In this document: piece by piece, positions 1-9,304 of the stretch
Position numbering within the stretch: position 1 is the stretch's first letter
Layout of the letters: the number at the start of each line of letters is the position of its first letter
Source: an uncultured Acidobacteriota bacterium
GTDB taxonomy: Bacteria; Acidobacteriota; JAQAZP01
NCBI GenBank assembly: GCA_963836075.1
Contig: CAWIIB010000001.1
Span: 288,001-352,000, forward strand
DNA: 64,000 nucleotides
Direction: 5' to 3'
Notes under the pieces: model-generated
Database searches by the model: none
Seen by the model: only the letters and a program-made list of their open reading frames with translations
Told to the model about the DNA's origin: nothing
Made by a program: the position numbers and the translations under genes

Positions 1-998
1 CCGCCCACCATCACCACCTCGTCAACCGACTGCATCCCCGCGTCCTTCATCGCCATGCGGCAGGGACCCATGGTCCGCTGGAGCAGGTCCTCCACCAAAG
101 ATTCGAACTTGGCCCGGCTGAGCTTGAGCACCAGGTGTTTGGGGCCCGAAGCATCGGCGGTGATGAACGGCAGGTTGATCTCCGTCTCCATGGCCGAAGA
201 GAGCTCGATCTTCGCCTTCTCCGCGGCTTCCTTCAGCCGCTGCAGGGCCATCTTGTCCTTGCTCAGGTCGATGCCCTGGTCCTTGACAAAGGAATCGACG
301 ATCCAGTCAATGACCCGCTGGTCGATGTCATCGCCGCCCAGGTGGGTGTCGCCGTTGGTGGATTTCACCTCCACCACTCCATCGCCAACCTCGAGGATCG
401 AAATGTCGAAGGTGCCACCGCCAAAGTCGTAGACGGCGATGGTCTCGTCTTTCTTCTTGTCCAGGCCGTAGGCCAGCGCCGCCGCGGTGGGCTCATTGAC
501 GATCCGCTCCACGGTGAGGCCGGCGATCTGGCCGGCATCCTTGGTGGCCTGGCGCTGCGAATCGTTGAAGTAGGCCGGGACGGTGATCACCGCCCGTTCC
601 ACCTTCTCACCGAGGTAGGCCTCGGCTGCAGACCGCATTTTCTGCAGGATCATCGCCGAAATCTCGGGCGGGGAATAGAGTTTGTCGTCAATCCGCACCC
701 TGGCGTCACCGCTCTCCGATTTTTCCACCTTGTAGGGCACCAGCTTGATTTCCTCGCTCACCTCATTGTAGCGGCGGCCCATGAACCGTTTGATTGAAGA
801 GACCGTGTTCTCCGGGTTGGTGATCGCCTGCCGTTTGGCGGCCATGCCCACCAGTCGCTCGTCGTTCTTGGTGAACGCCACCACCGACGGCGTTGTCCGC
901 CCACCCTCGGGGTTGACGATGACCGTTGGCGCGCTGCCTTCCATTACTGAAACCACGGAGTTGGTGGTTCCGAGGTCGATTCCAATGATTTTGCTCAT
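1..998 (-). CDS. dnaK: Chaperone DnaK (Hsp70); 3' part lies outside the window
   Basis: Manual translation from ATG 998 gives [14 protein letters not shown]...TTPSVVAF...[20 protein letters not shown]...[22 protein letters not shown] upstream. Absent from the ORF track because it is open at the window edge. Confidence 0.98.
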   Translation of the reverse strand, partial: MSKIIGIDLGTTNSVVSVMEGSAPTVIVNPEGGRTTPSVVAFTKNDERLVGMAAKRQAITNPENTVSSIKRFMGRRYNEVSEEIKLVPYKVEKSESGDARVRIDDKLYSPPEISAMILQKMRSAAEAYLGEKVERAVITVPAYFNDSQRQATKDAGQIAGLTVERIVNEPTAAALAYGLDKKKDETIAVYDFGGGTFDISILEVGDGVVEVKSTNGDTHLGGDDIDQRVIDWIVDSFVKDQGIDLSKDKMALQRLKEAAEKAKIELSSAMETEINLPFITADASGPKHLVLKLSRAKFESLVEDLLQRTMGPCRMAMKDAGMQSVDEVVMVG

Positions 999-1103
999 TA
1001 CTCAATAGCCTCCACTGTTATTCAATTAATCGGGACCCGCCGGGATAGGTTCAACGACCATCCGTTCAGCAGTCCCGTGTTCCATCTGATTCAGTGCCTG
1101 CTT

Positions 1104-1132
1104 TTTATAGGATATGAGTCTCTTCTTGTCAA
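1104..1132 (-). promoter_or_regulatory. Sigma70-type promoter of dnaK with overlapping HAIR-like inverted repeat
   Basis: Minus strand reads TTGACA (1132-1127), 17 nt, TATAAA (1109-1104). The overlapping TTGAca-N7-ACTCAta resembles the HspR operator CTTGAGT-N7-ACTCAAG. Confidence 0.75.
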
Positions 1133-1230
1133 CTAAATCTGTGAAAGAAATTGAAGAAATGCTATAGGATGCGGAAAGAGAGGATAAAAAGCATGATACT
1201 GACTGGAAATCTAGTTATTTCAACGGTTGA

Positions 1231-1644
1231 CTACGAACCAAGAATTGACATGGTGATCCGGCGATCTCGCTGGCCGTTGTCGAAATCGATGAGCACGATC
1301 TGCTGCCAGGTGCCGAGGAGGAGACGGTTTTCCCTGATCGGAATGGTCAGGGAGGGTCCCAATAGTGCTGCCCTGACATGGGAAAAGCCGTTTCCATCCC
1401 CCCACCGGGCATCGTGGGCATACCCCATATCCTGGGGAGCCAGCCGCTGGATGGCCTGCCTGAGGTCGTCAACGGCACCGGATTCGAATTCAAGGGTGGT
1501 CAAAGCGGCAGTGGAGCCGGGTATGAACAGGTTGAGCAGCCCCTGGCCCGGTTGGGCCTGCCGGACAAACCCGGCTGCCTGTTCGGTGATGTCGATGATG
1601 TGGCAAAAACCTTCTGTGGCAATGGTGATGTCGCGGCACTGCAT
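1231..1644 (-). CDS. yjbQ: YjbQ/UPF0047 family protein (secondary thiamine-phosphate synthase)
   Basis: Motifs GSTAALTTLE, HD...GNGFSHVRAALLGPS, LLLGTWQQIVLIDFD. The start overlaps the upstream stop (TGATG). Confidence 0.92.
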   Translation of the reverse strand: MQCRDITIATEGFCHIIDITEQAAGFVRQAQPGQGLLNLFIPGSTAALTTLEFESGAVDDLRQAIQRLAPQDMGYAHDARWGDGNGFSHVRAALLGPSLTIPIRENRLLLGTWQQIVLIDFDNGQRDRRITMSILGS

Positions 1645-2846
1645 CACTGCGCCTCATCAGTGGCCGTGACCGGATCCTCCACCTTAGCTGCCGGGGGCCT
1701 GGAGTGGGGGGCGAGGCTGAAGCCGTTGCCCTTTTGCAGATAGGCATACCGCTCTCCGGAGTTACTGTCGATATCTTCCTCGTTCACGAAGCCGTCTTCC
1801 ACCAGCAGCGACAGCCCTTCGGGGTAAGCGCCTTTCTCCAGGCGGTAGGCTTCCAGCTGCTCCACCACCAGGTGGGTCCTGTTGGTTTCGCGGAGCATGT
1901 CCAGCCGCGCAGCACGGTCATTGTCGGTGAGTCCCCTGATGAGAATATTCAGTGGATTCAGCTGCAGCCGGGGAACGGTCACCGCCAGGACAACCGCCAT
2001 GGCCGCCCCGAGCACGGCGGAGACGGCAAACCGCCCGCCCCTTCCCCGCGCGGCGACTGTTCCGCTCTGCGGACGTTCGGCACTGCTTCGTCCGTCACCC
2101 GACTGGGTGATCAGTCCCAGACCCAGCAGGTTGCACAGAACAGAGGCGGTATTGAAGTCGTGTGTTGGTGACAGCTCCTGAATCTCGGATACCGTGCGGA
2201 CCCCATCCACAAGGTCGTACACCTCGTATTCCTCTCCAGAGATCCTGATCTGGCCCGAATCAACACCCGCTCCCCCGTCATCGTCGTTCACCACCACCTG
2301 GCCGGCCACCGACGTCCTGCTGAACACCAGATCGGCGGTGCGCAGCTTGCGCTCCAGCAGCGGCCACTCGTCCATCATCCGCACGCCTTCCATCAGCACG
2401 GATTCGGAATGGATGGGCGTGAAGTGCTCACCGTCGTAATCGATGTTCGCTTCCTGGATGAAACTGTACTCCCCGTCAGTCCAGCGGAATACCGGGTAGA
2501 TGATCTTTTCCACCTGCAACTGAAGGGCCTTGCGTACCTGGTCACCGGATACCGCTTGCTGACCCAGCAGTACGGTCCACAGCCGTTCCAGTGTCTGCTG
2601 TTGCGCGTGCCGCGCCTCCTGCAGCTGGTCCGCAGTGCAGTGGCCCCACCGGAGCAGGGCGGTGGCCACCCGTTCTTCCAGGCGCTGCTCTACCGACTCC
2701 GCGGAGACAATGGACCCCTGGGCAAAACTGATGCTGATGCGGTCATCGCTGCCGTGCAGGTTGAGCACGCCTGTTTTTCGCTGAATGCCGATAAGCTGAA
2801 GGATGTCGGCGAGGGAGAAATCCTTCAATGTTCCCTTGAGTGCCAT
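1644..2846 (-). CDS. DUF4388-domain membrane protein with C-terminal GspG/pseudopilin-like segment
   Basis: N-terminus MALKGTLKDFSLADILQLIGIQRKTGVLNL is DUF4388-like. It is followed by LMEGVRMMDEW, a TM helix, then LEAYRLEKGAYPEGLSLLVEDG, which resembles the GspG C-terminal domain. Confidence 0.8.
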   Translation of the reverse strand: MALKGTLKDFSLADILQLIGIQRKTGVLNLHGSDDRISISFAQGSIVSAESVEQRLEERVATALLRWGHCTADQLQEARHAQQQTLERLWTVLLGQQAVSGDQVRKALQLQVEKIIYPVFRWTDGEYSFIQEANIDYDGEHFTPIHSESVLMEGVRMMDEWPLLERKLRTADLVFSRTSVAGQVVVNDDDGGAGVDSGQIRISGEEYEVYDLVDGVRTVSEIQELSPTHDFNTASVLCNLLGLGLITQSGDGRSSAERPQSGTVAARGRGGRFAVSAVLGAAMAVVLAVTVPRLQLNPLNILIRGLTDNDRAARLDMLRETNRTHLVVEQLEAYRLEKGAYPEGLSLLVEDGFVNEEDIDSNSGERYAYLQKGNGFSLAPHSRPPAAKVEDPVTATDEAQ

Positions 2847-4972
2847 CAGTCACCTCCCTCGTCGCCGCCGTCTCTCGGCTGGCCGGGAGCAAGACGCAGG
2901 GTGCCCATGAAGCGCCAGCTGCCGCTGCGCAGAACCTGTACGACCCAGCTGACCAGAGAGGCCCCCCAGAGCAAGGCGGCGAGGATACCGGCCACCAGGA
3001 CCAGCGGGTCGAGGCTCCACGACGGTGAGCGCAGGCCGATATGGGGCAGGTAGCGAGGCAGCGCCAGGATCACGGTGATGAGGAAAATCCAACTGCCGGC
3101 CACCAGGCCGCCCGTCAGGGTCCTGCCCCCGCGCATGCTCTCCAGGCCCGGAATGGAGAGGGTCAGCAGGGCCTCGCGCAGAATCCTCCACAGCCGGTGA
3201 CGCCGAATCTGGTCCAGTTTCCGTTTCTTGATTCCGGGTGATATGCCGCTCCTTCTGGAATCGAGCTGGGCGCACTGCTGGCAGTGCGGTTGTTTGACCG
3301 GGTCGGGACCGCAGTGGCGGCAGTATGCCCGGCCGCAGGAACTGCAGCGGCCGATCCTCTCGTGGCGGCAGATCCATCCCAGCAGCAGACCGAGCAGTGC
3401 TGACAGCAGGGCCGCCACGGGGAGGATGAGAATCCCCCCTCCCCTGCTGGAACTCCGGACCCCTGGAATGACCCGCCCCAGACCGGCAAAGTGTCGTCGG
3501 GCATTGACGCGCAGCGCATCCCAGGCCAGCTCCCAGAGAAAGGACGGCGGGATTTGATGGTCCAGGGTCCTCAGCCCGCGGGCCTCCTCGCTGATCAGCT
3601 TGCCGATGGCCAGCGGGGCGAGCCGCTGGGCCCTGCTCAACGACTGGTCGGAGTGGTCGAAGTCGTAGACCTGGAACTGGGCGTTGCTGAGATTGAAGTG
3701 GCACTCAGCGTATTGAGGCCGGATGTCGATGGCCGCGCGGTAGTGCTGGGTTGCCAGGTCGAACTGGTGCATGGAGAAATAGATATTGCCGATATTGTTC
3801 TGGGCCATGGGATAGAGGTAGTGGTAGACCGGGATCGACGCATAGCTCTGGAACGCCTCGTCGTCACGGCCCATCCTGCGGTGAATTCCGGCAACAAGAA
3901 AGGTCTGTTCCTGCCGGTACCCCAGGCGATTCTCCTGTTCCGGTTCACTGGCGCCTTCGCGGAGCAGCGCCTCCCCGCGGGGAGAAAGCAGCTTGTTCTG
4001 CAATGCCTCGCTGAACAACCGCAGGTCGTCTGTGCTCAGGTCCCGGTAGGTTCCCACCACCGTGTCCACGGCGGGAACCAGAAAGGCCAGAAAAAGCAGG
4101 GAGGCCAGAGCCAGCAGACGCTCCACCCGGGTGGCAAAGCGCCAGAACATCGCGGTCCAGCAACAGAACAGCCAGAAGGGACCGAAACAGAGCAACAGCG
4201 GTGCCAGCAGCAGGAACCAGCCGAACATGGGGAGCAGGCTGCCGGGTATCCGCTCGCGCCAGGCCTCGCTGACCGAGTGACGGAGAAGTTTCTGATAGCG
4301 GGCGGCGATCACCAGCTGCAACAGACAGGTCATCACCGCCAGGGTGAGGGCCAGGACCAGAGACAGGTTGACCAGTGAGGTCAGCGCAGGCCAGAAGGTG
4401 CGGTTCAGCGCCGAGAGCGAGGCGGCGATATACCCCGGCGCCGAGAACGGCGTCCGGCCGAGGCTGATTTCGGCCTTGGCCGAGAGGGACGGGAGGTGGA
4501 CGGGGTTCAGCGTCAGAGCGGCATCAAGGCTGCGCCTGGCCTGCTCCAGGTGTTTGCGTTCCGTCAGCAGGTGTGCCTCATGGACCAGATTGGCCTCCAA
4601 CCCGCTCACCGAGCTGTACCCCTGCTGCTGCAGGATATCCAGCAGCGTGTCCAGGCTCGCCGGTCCCGTGTCGTAGTCCCCGGTCTCCTGCACCGCGGTT
4701 TTGCGGTTGTCCCACACTTTTGCGACCCGTTTGCGGATATCCGACCTGTTTTCCTCCGCCATTTTCTGACGGGCCGGCGGCAGGACGTATATTTCCCCGG
4801 GCCGTGACACCGGCTCCACGTCGTATGTCCTGCCGTTGGCCGGCGGCGCGCTTTCCTGGGCCTGGACCAGCGGCAGCGCACAGCAGCACCAGCAGATCAG
4901 AACCAGCAGCGCCGGGCCCAACAGGGGAGCATTCCGGCAGCGGATTTCTTTCAATCTTGCGCGTGCGTTCAA
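2846..4972 (-). CDS. Polytopic membrane protein with TPR repeats and a Cys-rich Zn-finger-like segment
   Basis: Signal-like N-terminus, TM block, TPRs (AQNNIGNIYF...AECHFNLSNA), CSSCGRAYCRHC...CQQC, C-terminal TMs. Stop is coupled to the DUF4388 start. Start codon uncertain. Confidence 0.8.
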   Translation of the reverse strand: MNARARLKEIRCRNAPLLGPALLVLICWCCCALPLVQAQESAPPANGRTYDVEPVSRPGEIYVLPPARQKMAEENRSDIRKRVAKVWDNRKTAVQETGDYDTGPASLDTLLDILQQQGYSSVSGLEANLVHEAHLLTERKHLEQARRSLDAALTLNPVHLPSLSAKAEISLGRTPFSAPGYIAASLSALNRTFWPALTSLVNLSLVLALTLAVMTCLLQLVIAARYQKLLRHSVSEAWRERIPGSLLPMFGWFLLLAPLLLCFGPFWLFCCWTAMFWRFATRVERLLALASLLFLAFLVPAVDTVVGTYRDLSTDDLRLFSEALQNKLLSPRGEALLREGASEPEQENRLGYRQEQTFLVAGIHRRMGRDDEAFQSYASIPVYHYLYPMAQNNIGNIYFSMHQFDLATQHYRAAIDIRPQYAECHFNLSNAQFQVYDFDHSDQSLSRAQRLAPLAIGKLISEEARGLRTLDHQIPPSFLWELAWDALRVNARRHFAGLGRVIPGVRSSSRGGGILILPVAALLSALLGLLLGWICRHERIGRCSSCGRAYCRHCGPDPVKQPHCQQCAQLDSRRSGISPGIKKRKLDQIRRHRLWRILREALLTLSIPGLESMRGGRTLTGGLVAGSWIFLITVILALPRYLPHIGLRSPSWSLDPLVLVAGILAALLWGASLVSWVVQVLRSGSWRFMGTLRLAPGQPRDGGDEGGD

Positions 4973-5079
4973 ATCGTTCTAAACTCCTTGCCCCGAAGCA
5001 GAGCGGTCCTGCATGAGCATCCAGAGCATTGTTTATCTGGCTTCTCTTTTCTTTATCGGCCCTTCGAATGAGGAAATTG

Positions 5080-5952
5080 ATGAGTTTCAATAATACCGAT
5101 CAGCAGCACGATCCATTGCTGCAGCGCTTCCGCTCACTGGTTTCCCTGGTGGAGCGACTCCGCGGCCCTGGTGGGTGCCCCTGGGACCGTGTCCAGACCG
5201 CCCAGGACCTGCGGACCTATATCCTGGAGGAGGTTTACGAGGTGATCGACGCCATCGACCGTCGTGACGCGCCGGCGCTGCAGGAGGAACTGGGCGACCT
5301 GCTCTTCCAGGTGCTGTTCATGGCCAGTGTGGGCACGGAGGCCGGCGCCTTTGATCTCGGCGCCGTGATTGATGCGGTGGAACGCAAGATGGTCCGCCGC
5401 CACCCCCACGTGTTCGGCGATGCCGACGCCGAGACCCCGGAAGATGTGGTTGACCGCTGGACAAGGATCAAGGCCCGGGAGAAGCAATCGGGTTGCCGAG
5501 GTGCCCATGGCGGCGGTGACGGGTATCTGGACGGGCTGCCCGCGGTCCTGCCCGCGCTCTATCGGACGCACAAGCTGTCCACCCGCACGGCCCGGGTGGG
5601 GTTTGACTGGCCCGACGCGGCAGGGGTGTTGGAAAAGATCGACGAGGAGTTGGGTGAGTTCCGCCAGGCGCTGGCCGCCGGTGATGTGCCGGGGCAGCGG
5701 CACGAGATCGGCGACCTGCTGTTCACCGTGGCCAACCTCTCCCGACACTGCGGGATCGACCCCGAACAGGCACTGATGGAATGCAACAGCCGGTTCCACC
5801 GCCGCTTCCACCGCATGGAGCAGTTGCTCCACCGGGACGACACAACGTTGGAGGACGCGTCCCAGGAACTGCTGGAACGGATGTGGGAGCAGGCGAAGAG
5901 CGAAGAGCAGGACCCCGACGGGTTTACCTTTCTGGGTCCAGCGGCGGAATGA
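5080..5952 (+). CDS. mazG: Nucleoside triphosphate pyrophosphohydrolase MazG
   Basis: LRGPGGCPWDRVQT, EELGDLLFQ, RRHPHVF, GFDWP, EIGDLLF. GAGGA RBS before ATG 5080. Confidence 0.96.
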   Translation: MSFNNTDQQHDPLLQRFRSLVSLVERLRGPGGCPWDRVQTAQDLRTYILEEVYEVIDAIDRRDAPALQEELGDLLFQVLFMASVGTEAGAFDLGAVIDAVERKMVRRHPHVFGDADAETPEDVVDRWTRIKAREKQSGCRGAHGGGDGYLDGLPAVLPALYRTHKLSTRTARVGFDWPDAAGVLEKIDEELGEFRQALAAGDVPGQRHEIGDLLFTVANLSRHCGIDPEQALMECNSRFHRRFHRMEQLLHRDDTTLEDASQELLERMWEQAKSEEQDPDGFTFLGPAAE

Positions 5953-5956
5953 CCGC

Positions 5957-8452
5957 TCAAAACGGCCCGCTGCGCTGGTAGAGACGCCGGCCGTCCGAAA
6001 CCACCACCAGCGCGCCGTCCTGTCCGGTGATATGGATCCGCCGGCAGCCGGCCGCCAGCAGGCGCTGCCGCAAAAAAGGGTCGGGATGGCCGAACCGGTT
6101 GAACCGGCCGGCGGTGACCACCGCGATGCGCGGGGAGACCTGGTTCAGCCAACGAATGGAACCGGCACCCGGAGCCCCGTGGTGACCAACCTTGATCAGC
6201 TGGCAACCGCCGATCAACCGGGAAAGCGGTGAGCCCAGCACCTGCTCTTCCCCCCCGTTCATCAGGTCGCCGGTGAACAGCATGCGCACGGCGCGGTGAC
6301 GCAGCAGCAAGACCAGTGAGTTGTTGTTGGGGTTTCCGGCCTGTTCGTCCACCGTGTCCGATACGGCCAGGGGGGGCGGCGGGTGGAGCACCACCAGTTC
6401 CACCTCACCCTTGCGCAGCACCATGCCCCGGTGGAGCGGCACCAGCCGCGCACCGCACTGCTCACCGGTTTTCAGCAGGGTCTGTACCGCTCCCAGGTCG
6501 CGGGAGAGCCTGCAGCCGGCAAGAATACGACGGGGCCGGAAATTTCGTACCACGGCGGCCAGCCCACCGGCGTGGTCCTGGTGCCCGTGGCTCAAGACCA
6601 CGTCCTCCAGCGAATGCAGGCCCCGGTCCCACAAAGCCGGCGAAACCGCCAGCTCCCCGAAATCGAACCCGCCTCCGGGCAGTGCCCCGCCACCGTCGAT
6701 GACCAGGGTGCGACGGTCCGGACATTCCACAATAATCGAGTCTCCCTGCCCCACGTCGAGGACGGTGACCCTCAAGGTGCCTGGCGGCAGCCGGTTCCCT
6801 CCGGCGGCGGCATGGACCAGCAGCAGGCACGGGGCGGCGCAGAGCAGCAGGAACACCCATTGTCCCCGGCCCACCGTCCGGTTGCCGCGGAGTCCCGCGG
6901 CCGATGCCAGGCAGAGATAGTAGGCACAGGCCAGCGCCGGGGACGGCGCGGGCAGACGAAAGGAGATGGGGGCGCTCAGTCGCGCCAGCCGCACGATCCC
7001 GCTGAAACCGAAATCCACCAGCCGGGCCGCCAGCAAGGCAACGGCGCGGGGCAGCAGGGAGCAGCACGGCGGGAGCAGATCGCTGAGGCCCTGGGACGTC
7101 AGCAGGACCAGCCCGGCGGTGAGGGAGAGCCCCAGCAGCGGGCCGGCGGCCGGGTTGGTGAGCAGTGCCGTCGGGGTTGCGCGGTGGAACAGGGAGGCCT
7201 GAAGCGGGGCGATGCCCAGCAGCACGGCAGCTGAGACGCCGAATAGAGTCGATGCCAGCCGCGCGGGATTCCAAAGCGATTGCTCCTCCCGGCGCTGGCG
7301 GACCACAACCGGGCCGAGAAGCAGGATGCTGTAGGTCGCGCCGAAGGAGAGCTGGAAGCCGGCCTCGTGGAACAGAAGCGGATTGAAAGCAAGAATGGCC
7401 AGGCCCGAAGCGGAGAGGCTGTTCAACGGTCGTGGGTGCAGGCCCAGGGTGGCGCCCCCCAGGTAGAGCAGTGCAGTGACCACGGCCCGGGTGATGGAGG
7501 GTTGGGGCCCGCACAACTGGAGGTAGGCCCCAAAAAAAATCATCAGGAGCAACCGGCGGGCCCGGATGTTCACCCTGGCGCTGGCCAGCAAGCGGTTGAG
7601 AAGCAGTCCCAGCAGGCCGAGGTGCAGGCCTGAAATGGCCAGCAGGTGGCCCAGGCCAGACTGGCGCAGCAGTTCCTCGTCTCGTGGGTCGACCCAGCGC
7701 CGTTCACCCACCAGGCAGGCCACCAGCAGTGCACCGGATGGCTGGAGGCCGGTTTCCCCGGGGCGGCCGAAGACGGTGGCCACTGATCTTTCCACCCAGC
7801 GGCGGACCACGGACGACGGAGCACTCGCTGACGGGGGTGAGCGCTGGATCAGTTGTCCGCTCTTCAGCCGTGCCGTGGAACTCACGCCCCGGGCGGCAAG
7901 ATAGCGAAGGTAGTTGAAACCGCCGGGGTTTCCGAAAGCGGCCGGCTGGCGCAGTCTGGCGAAAAATCGGATCCGCTGCCCCGTTTCCGGGGGACCGGGG
8001 AATGAACCTGGAGCGGAGCTCTCCGTGGGGTAGCTGAGACGGATGCGGAGCGCTGGGGCGCTGGCCGGGGTATCGAGGTCAACCAGCAACACCGTGTCCC
8101 GGTGGCCCGCTTCTGCACGGCCGCTGACCCGGCCGCTGTGCCAGGCCGGGTCCTCTTCCGTGTTGCCGCAGCCCTGAGGGGAGGAGGGCGATTGAACGCT
8201 CACCCGGGACTCGCTTCCCAGGAGCCAACCAGACGCTGCGCAGAGGATCAGGAACAGCAGGGCCAGAACACGTCCTGAACGGCCCTGGAGACGAACGGCA
8301 GCCGCGGCCGCGGCCAAACCCAGTGGCAGCAGGGCGCAGGCCGGGGCGTGGGTAAGCAGAACAGGAATCCGCTCCGCCAGGGCGGAGTCAGCACAGAGGA
8401 TACCGCCGCAGAAGGCCAGCAGACCGAAGATGAGGGGGCAGCGGAAAAACAT
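5957..8452 (-). CDS. comEC: DNA internalization competence protein ComEC/Rec2
   Basis: NPGGFNY, GLGHLLAISGLH (Competence domain), and a metallo-beta-lactamase domain (DVGQGD, SHGHQDHAGG, KVGHHG, NRFGHP). Confidence 0.95.
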   Translation of the reverse strand: MFFRCPLIFGLLAFCGGILCADSALAERIPVLLTHAPACALLPLGLAAAAAAVRLQGRSGRVLALLFLILCAASGWLLGSESRVSVQSPSSPQGCGNTEEDPAWHSGRVSGRAEAGHRDTVLLVDLDTPASAPALRIRLSYPTESSAPGSFPGPPETGQRIRFFARLRQPAAFGNPGGFNYLRYLAARGVSSTARLKSGQLIQRSPPSASAPSSVVRRWVERSVATVFGRPGETGLQPSGALLVACLVGERRWVDPRDEELLRQSGLGHLLAISGLHLGLLGLLLNRLLASARVNIRARRLLLMIFFGAYLQLCGPQPSITRAVVTALLYLGGATLGLHPRPLNSLSASGLAILAFNPLLFHEAGFQLSFGATYSILLLGPVVVRQRREEQSLWNPARLASTLFGVSAAVLLGIAPLQASLFHRATPTALLTNPAAGPLLGLSLTAGLVLLTSQGLSDLLPPCCSLLPRAVALLAARLVDFGFSGIVRLARLSAPISFRLPAPSPALACAYYLCLASAAGLRGNRTVGRGQWVFLLLCAAPCLLLVHAAAGGNRLPPGTLRVTVLDVGQGDSIIVECPDRRTLVIDGGGALPGGGFDFGELAVSPALWDRGLHSLEDVVLSHGHQDHAGGLAAVVRNFRPRRILAGCRLSRDLGAVQTLLKTGEQCGARLVPLHRGMVLRKGEVELVVLHPPPPLAVSDTVDEQAGNPNNNSLVLLLRHRAVRMLFTGDLMNGGEEQVLGSPLSRLIGGCQLIKVGHHGAPGAGSIRWLNQVSPRIAVVTAGRFNRFGHPDPFLRQRLLAAGCRRIHITGQDGALVVVSDGRRLYQRSGPF

Positions 8453-8468
8453 GGTTCATCCACTGCAC

Positions 8469-8485
8469 AGCAAATTTCGTACCCG
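8469..8485 (-). promoter_or_regulatory. Candidate sigma54 (-24/-12) promoter upstream of comEC
   Basis: Minus strand reads CGGGTACGAAATTTGCT, i.e. GG-N10-GC, similar to the consensus YTGGCACGRNNNTTGCW. Confidence 0.5.
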
Positions 8486-8569
8486 CCAGGGCCGGTCTGT
8501 TTTCCTGGTGAACTGTGAACTCCGGATGGTACGTTGTACACCAGGGTTGTCACTATCCCGGGGGCCGGT

Positions 8570-9304
8570 TCAGAGGGCAAAGAGGCTGATTTCAGGAATG
8601 CGGGAGGCGTTGCGAAGCCGACGGATGGTCATCCGCTGCAGGGTGGACTGGTAGAGCGCGGGATCCATGGTCCCGGCCAGCTCTTTCATTTCGGCATCAC
8701 AGGCCTCCCGGACCTGCCGGAGAAGTACCGGGCTGGTGCTGCCGAGCAATTCGTCCGTGACCTGATGGTCCAGCGGTTCCAGCTCCGCTTCCGCATCCTG
8801 GACCGATAGGTTCTGGCGGCCCAGCAGCCGGGTCACCGTGTTCACCGAGCGCTCCAGGGTCTGCAGCAGAGCGGTGTGGCCGGACTCTTCCTGCGCGGCC
8901 CGGGCCTGCTGGAGCCGCTGGAGCAGGCGCTGCAGGCCCTGCTCCACTTCTCCGCCCCCCTGGACGGCGGCGGCGGATGTCGCATCTCCACCCACGGCCA
9001 GTTGCCTGCTCTCTTCGTGGGCCCGGCGGACGAACTCCTCGCAATACTCCAGGGAGACGGCACGCTGCCGTGCCTCGGGCCGTTTGAAGCGTTTGGCAAA
9101 ATAGTCGTCGATGCCCCGGCAGACCACGCGGAGCGGTATTCCTTCCCGGTGCCATCCCGCCGCCCGTTCCAGCTCACGGGGCGAGAGAATCAACGGTCGT
9201 CCGCGCAGGCGGATGAAATGGGCTTCCACCGCCTCGAAATAGGCCCGCTCCTCAGGGGTGAGCCGCAGGTGAGGCTGCTGCTCAGGGGGAGGCGTTCTTT
9301 TCAT
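8570..9304 (-). CDS. Hypothetical protein; N-terminus DnaD/DnaB_2-like
   Basis: 244 aa ORF overlapping the coaX end. Contains YF..VE..F...RG..LILSPRE...W...GIPL.VV.RGI...SLEYC. Confidence 0.75.
   Translation of the reverse strand: MKRTPPPEQQPHLRLTPEERAYFEAVEAHFIRLRGRPLILSPRELERAAGWHREGIPLRVVCRGIDDYFAKRFKRPEARQRAVSLEYCEEFVRRAHEESRQLAVGGDATSAAAVQGGGEVEQGLQRLLQRLQQARAAQEESGHTALLQTLERSVNTVTRLLGRQNLSVQDAEAELEPLDHQVTDELLGSTSPVLLRQVREACDAEMKELAGTMDPALYQSTLQRMTIRRLRNASRIPEISLFAL

Noticed and set aside
763-1005. 80-aa minus-strand ORF at the dnaK start
   Set aside because: Wrong frame; the true gene begins at ATG 998.
5080-5952. MazG as part of a defence or toxin-antitoxin island
   Set aside because: It is the ordinary tandem-domain housekeeping MazG, with no toxin or defence neighbours.
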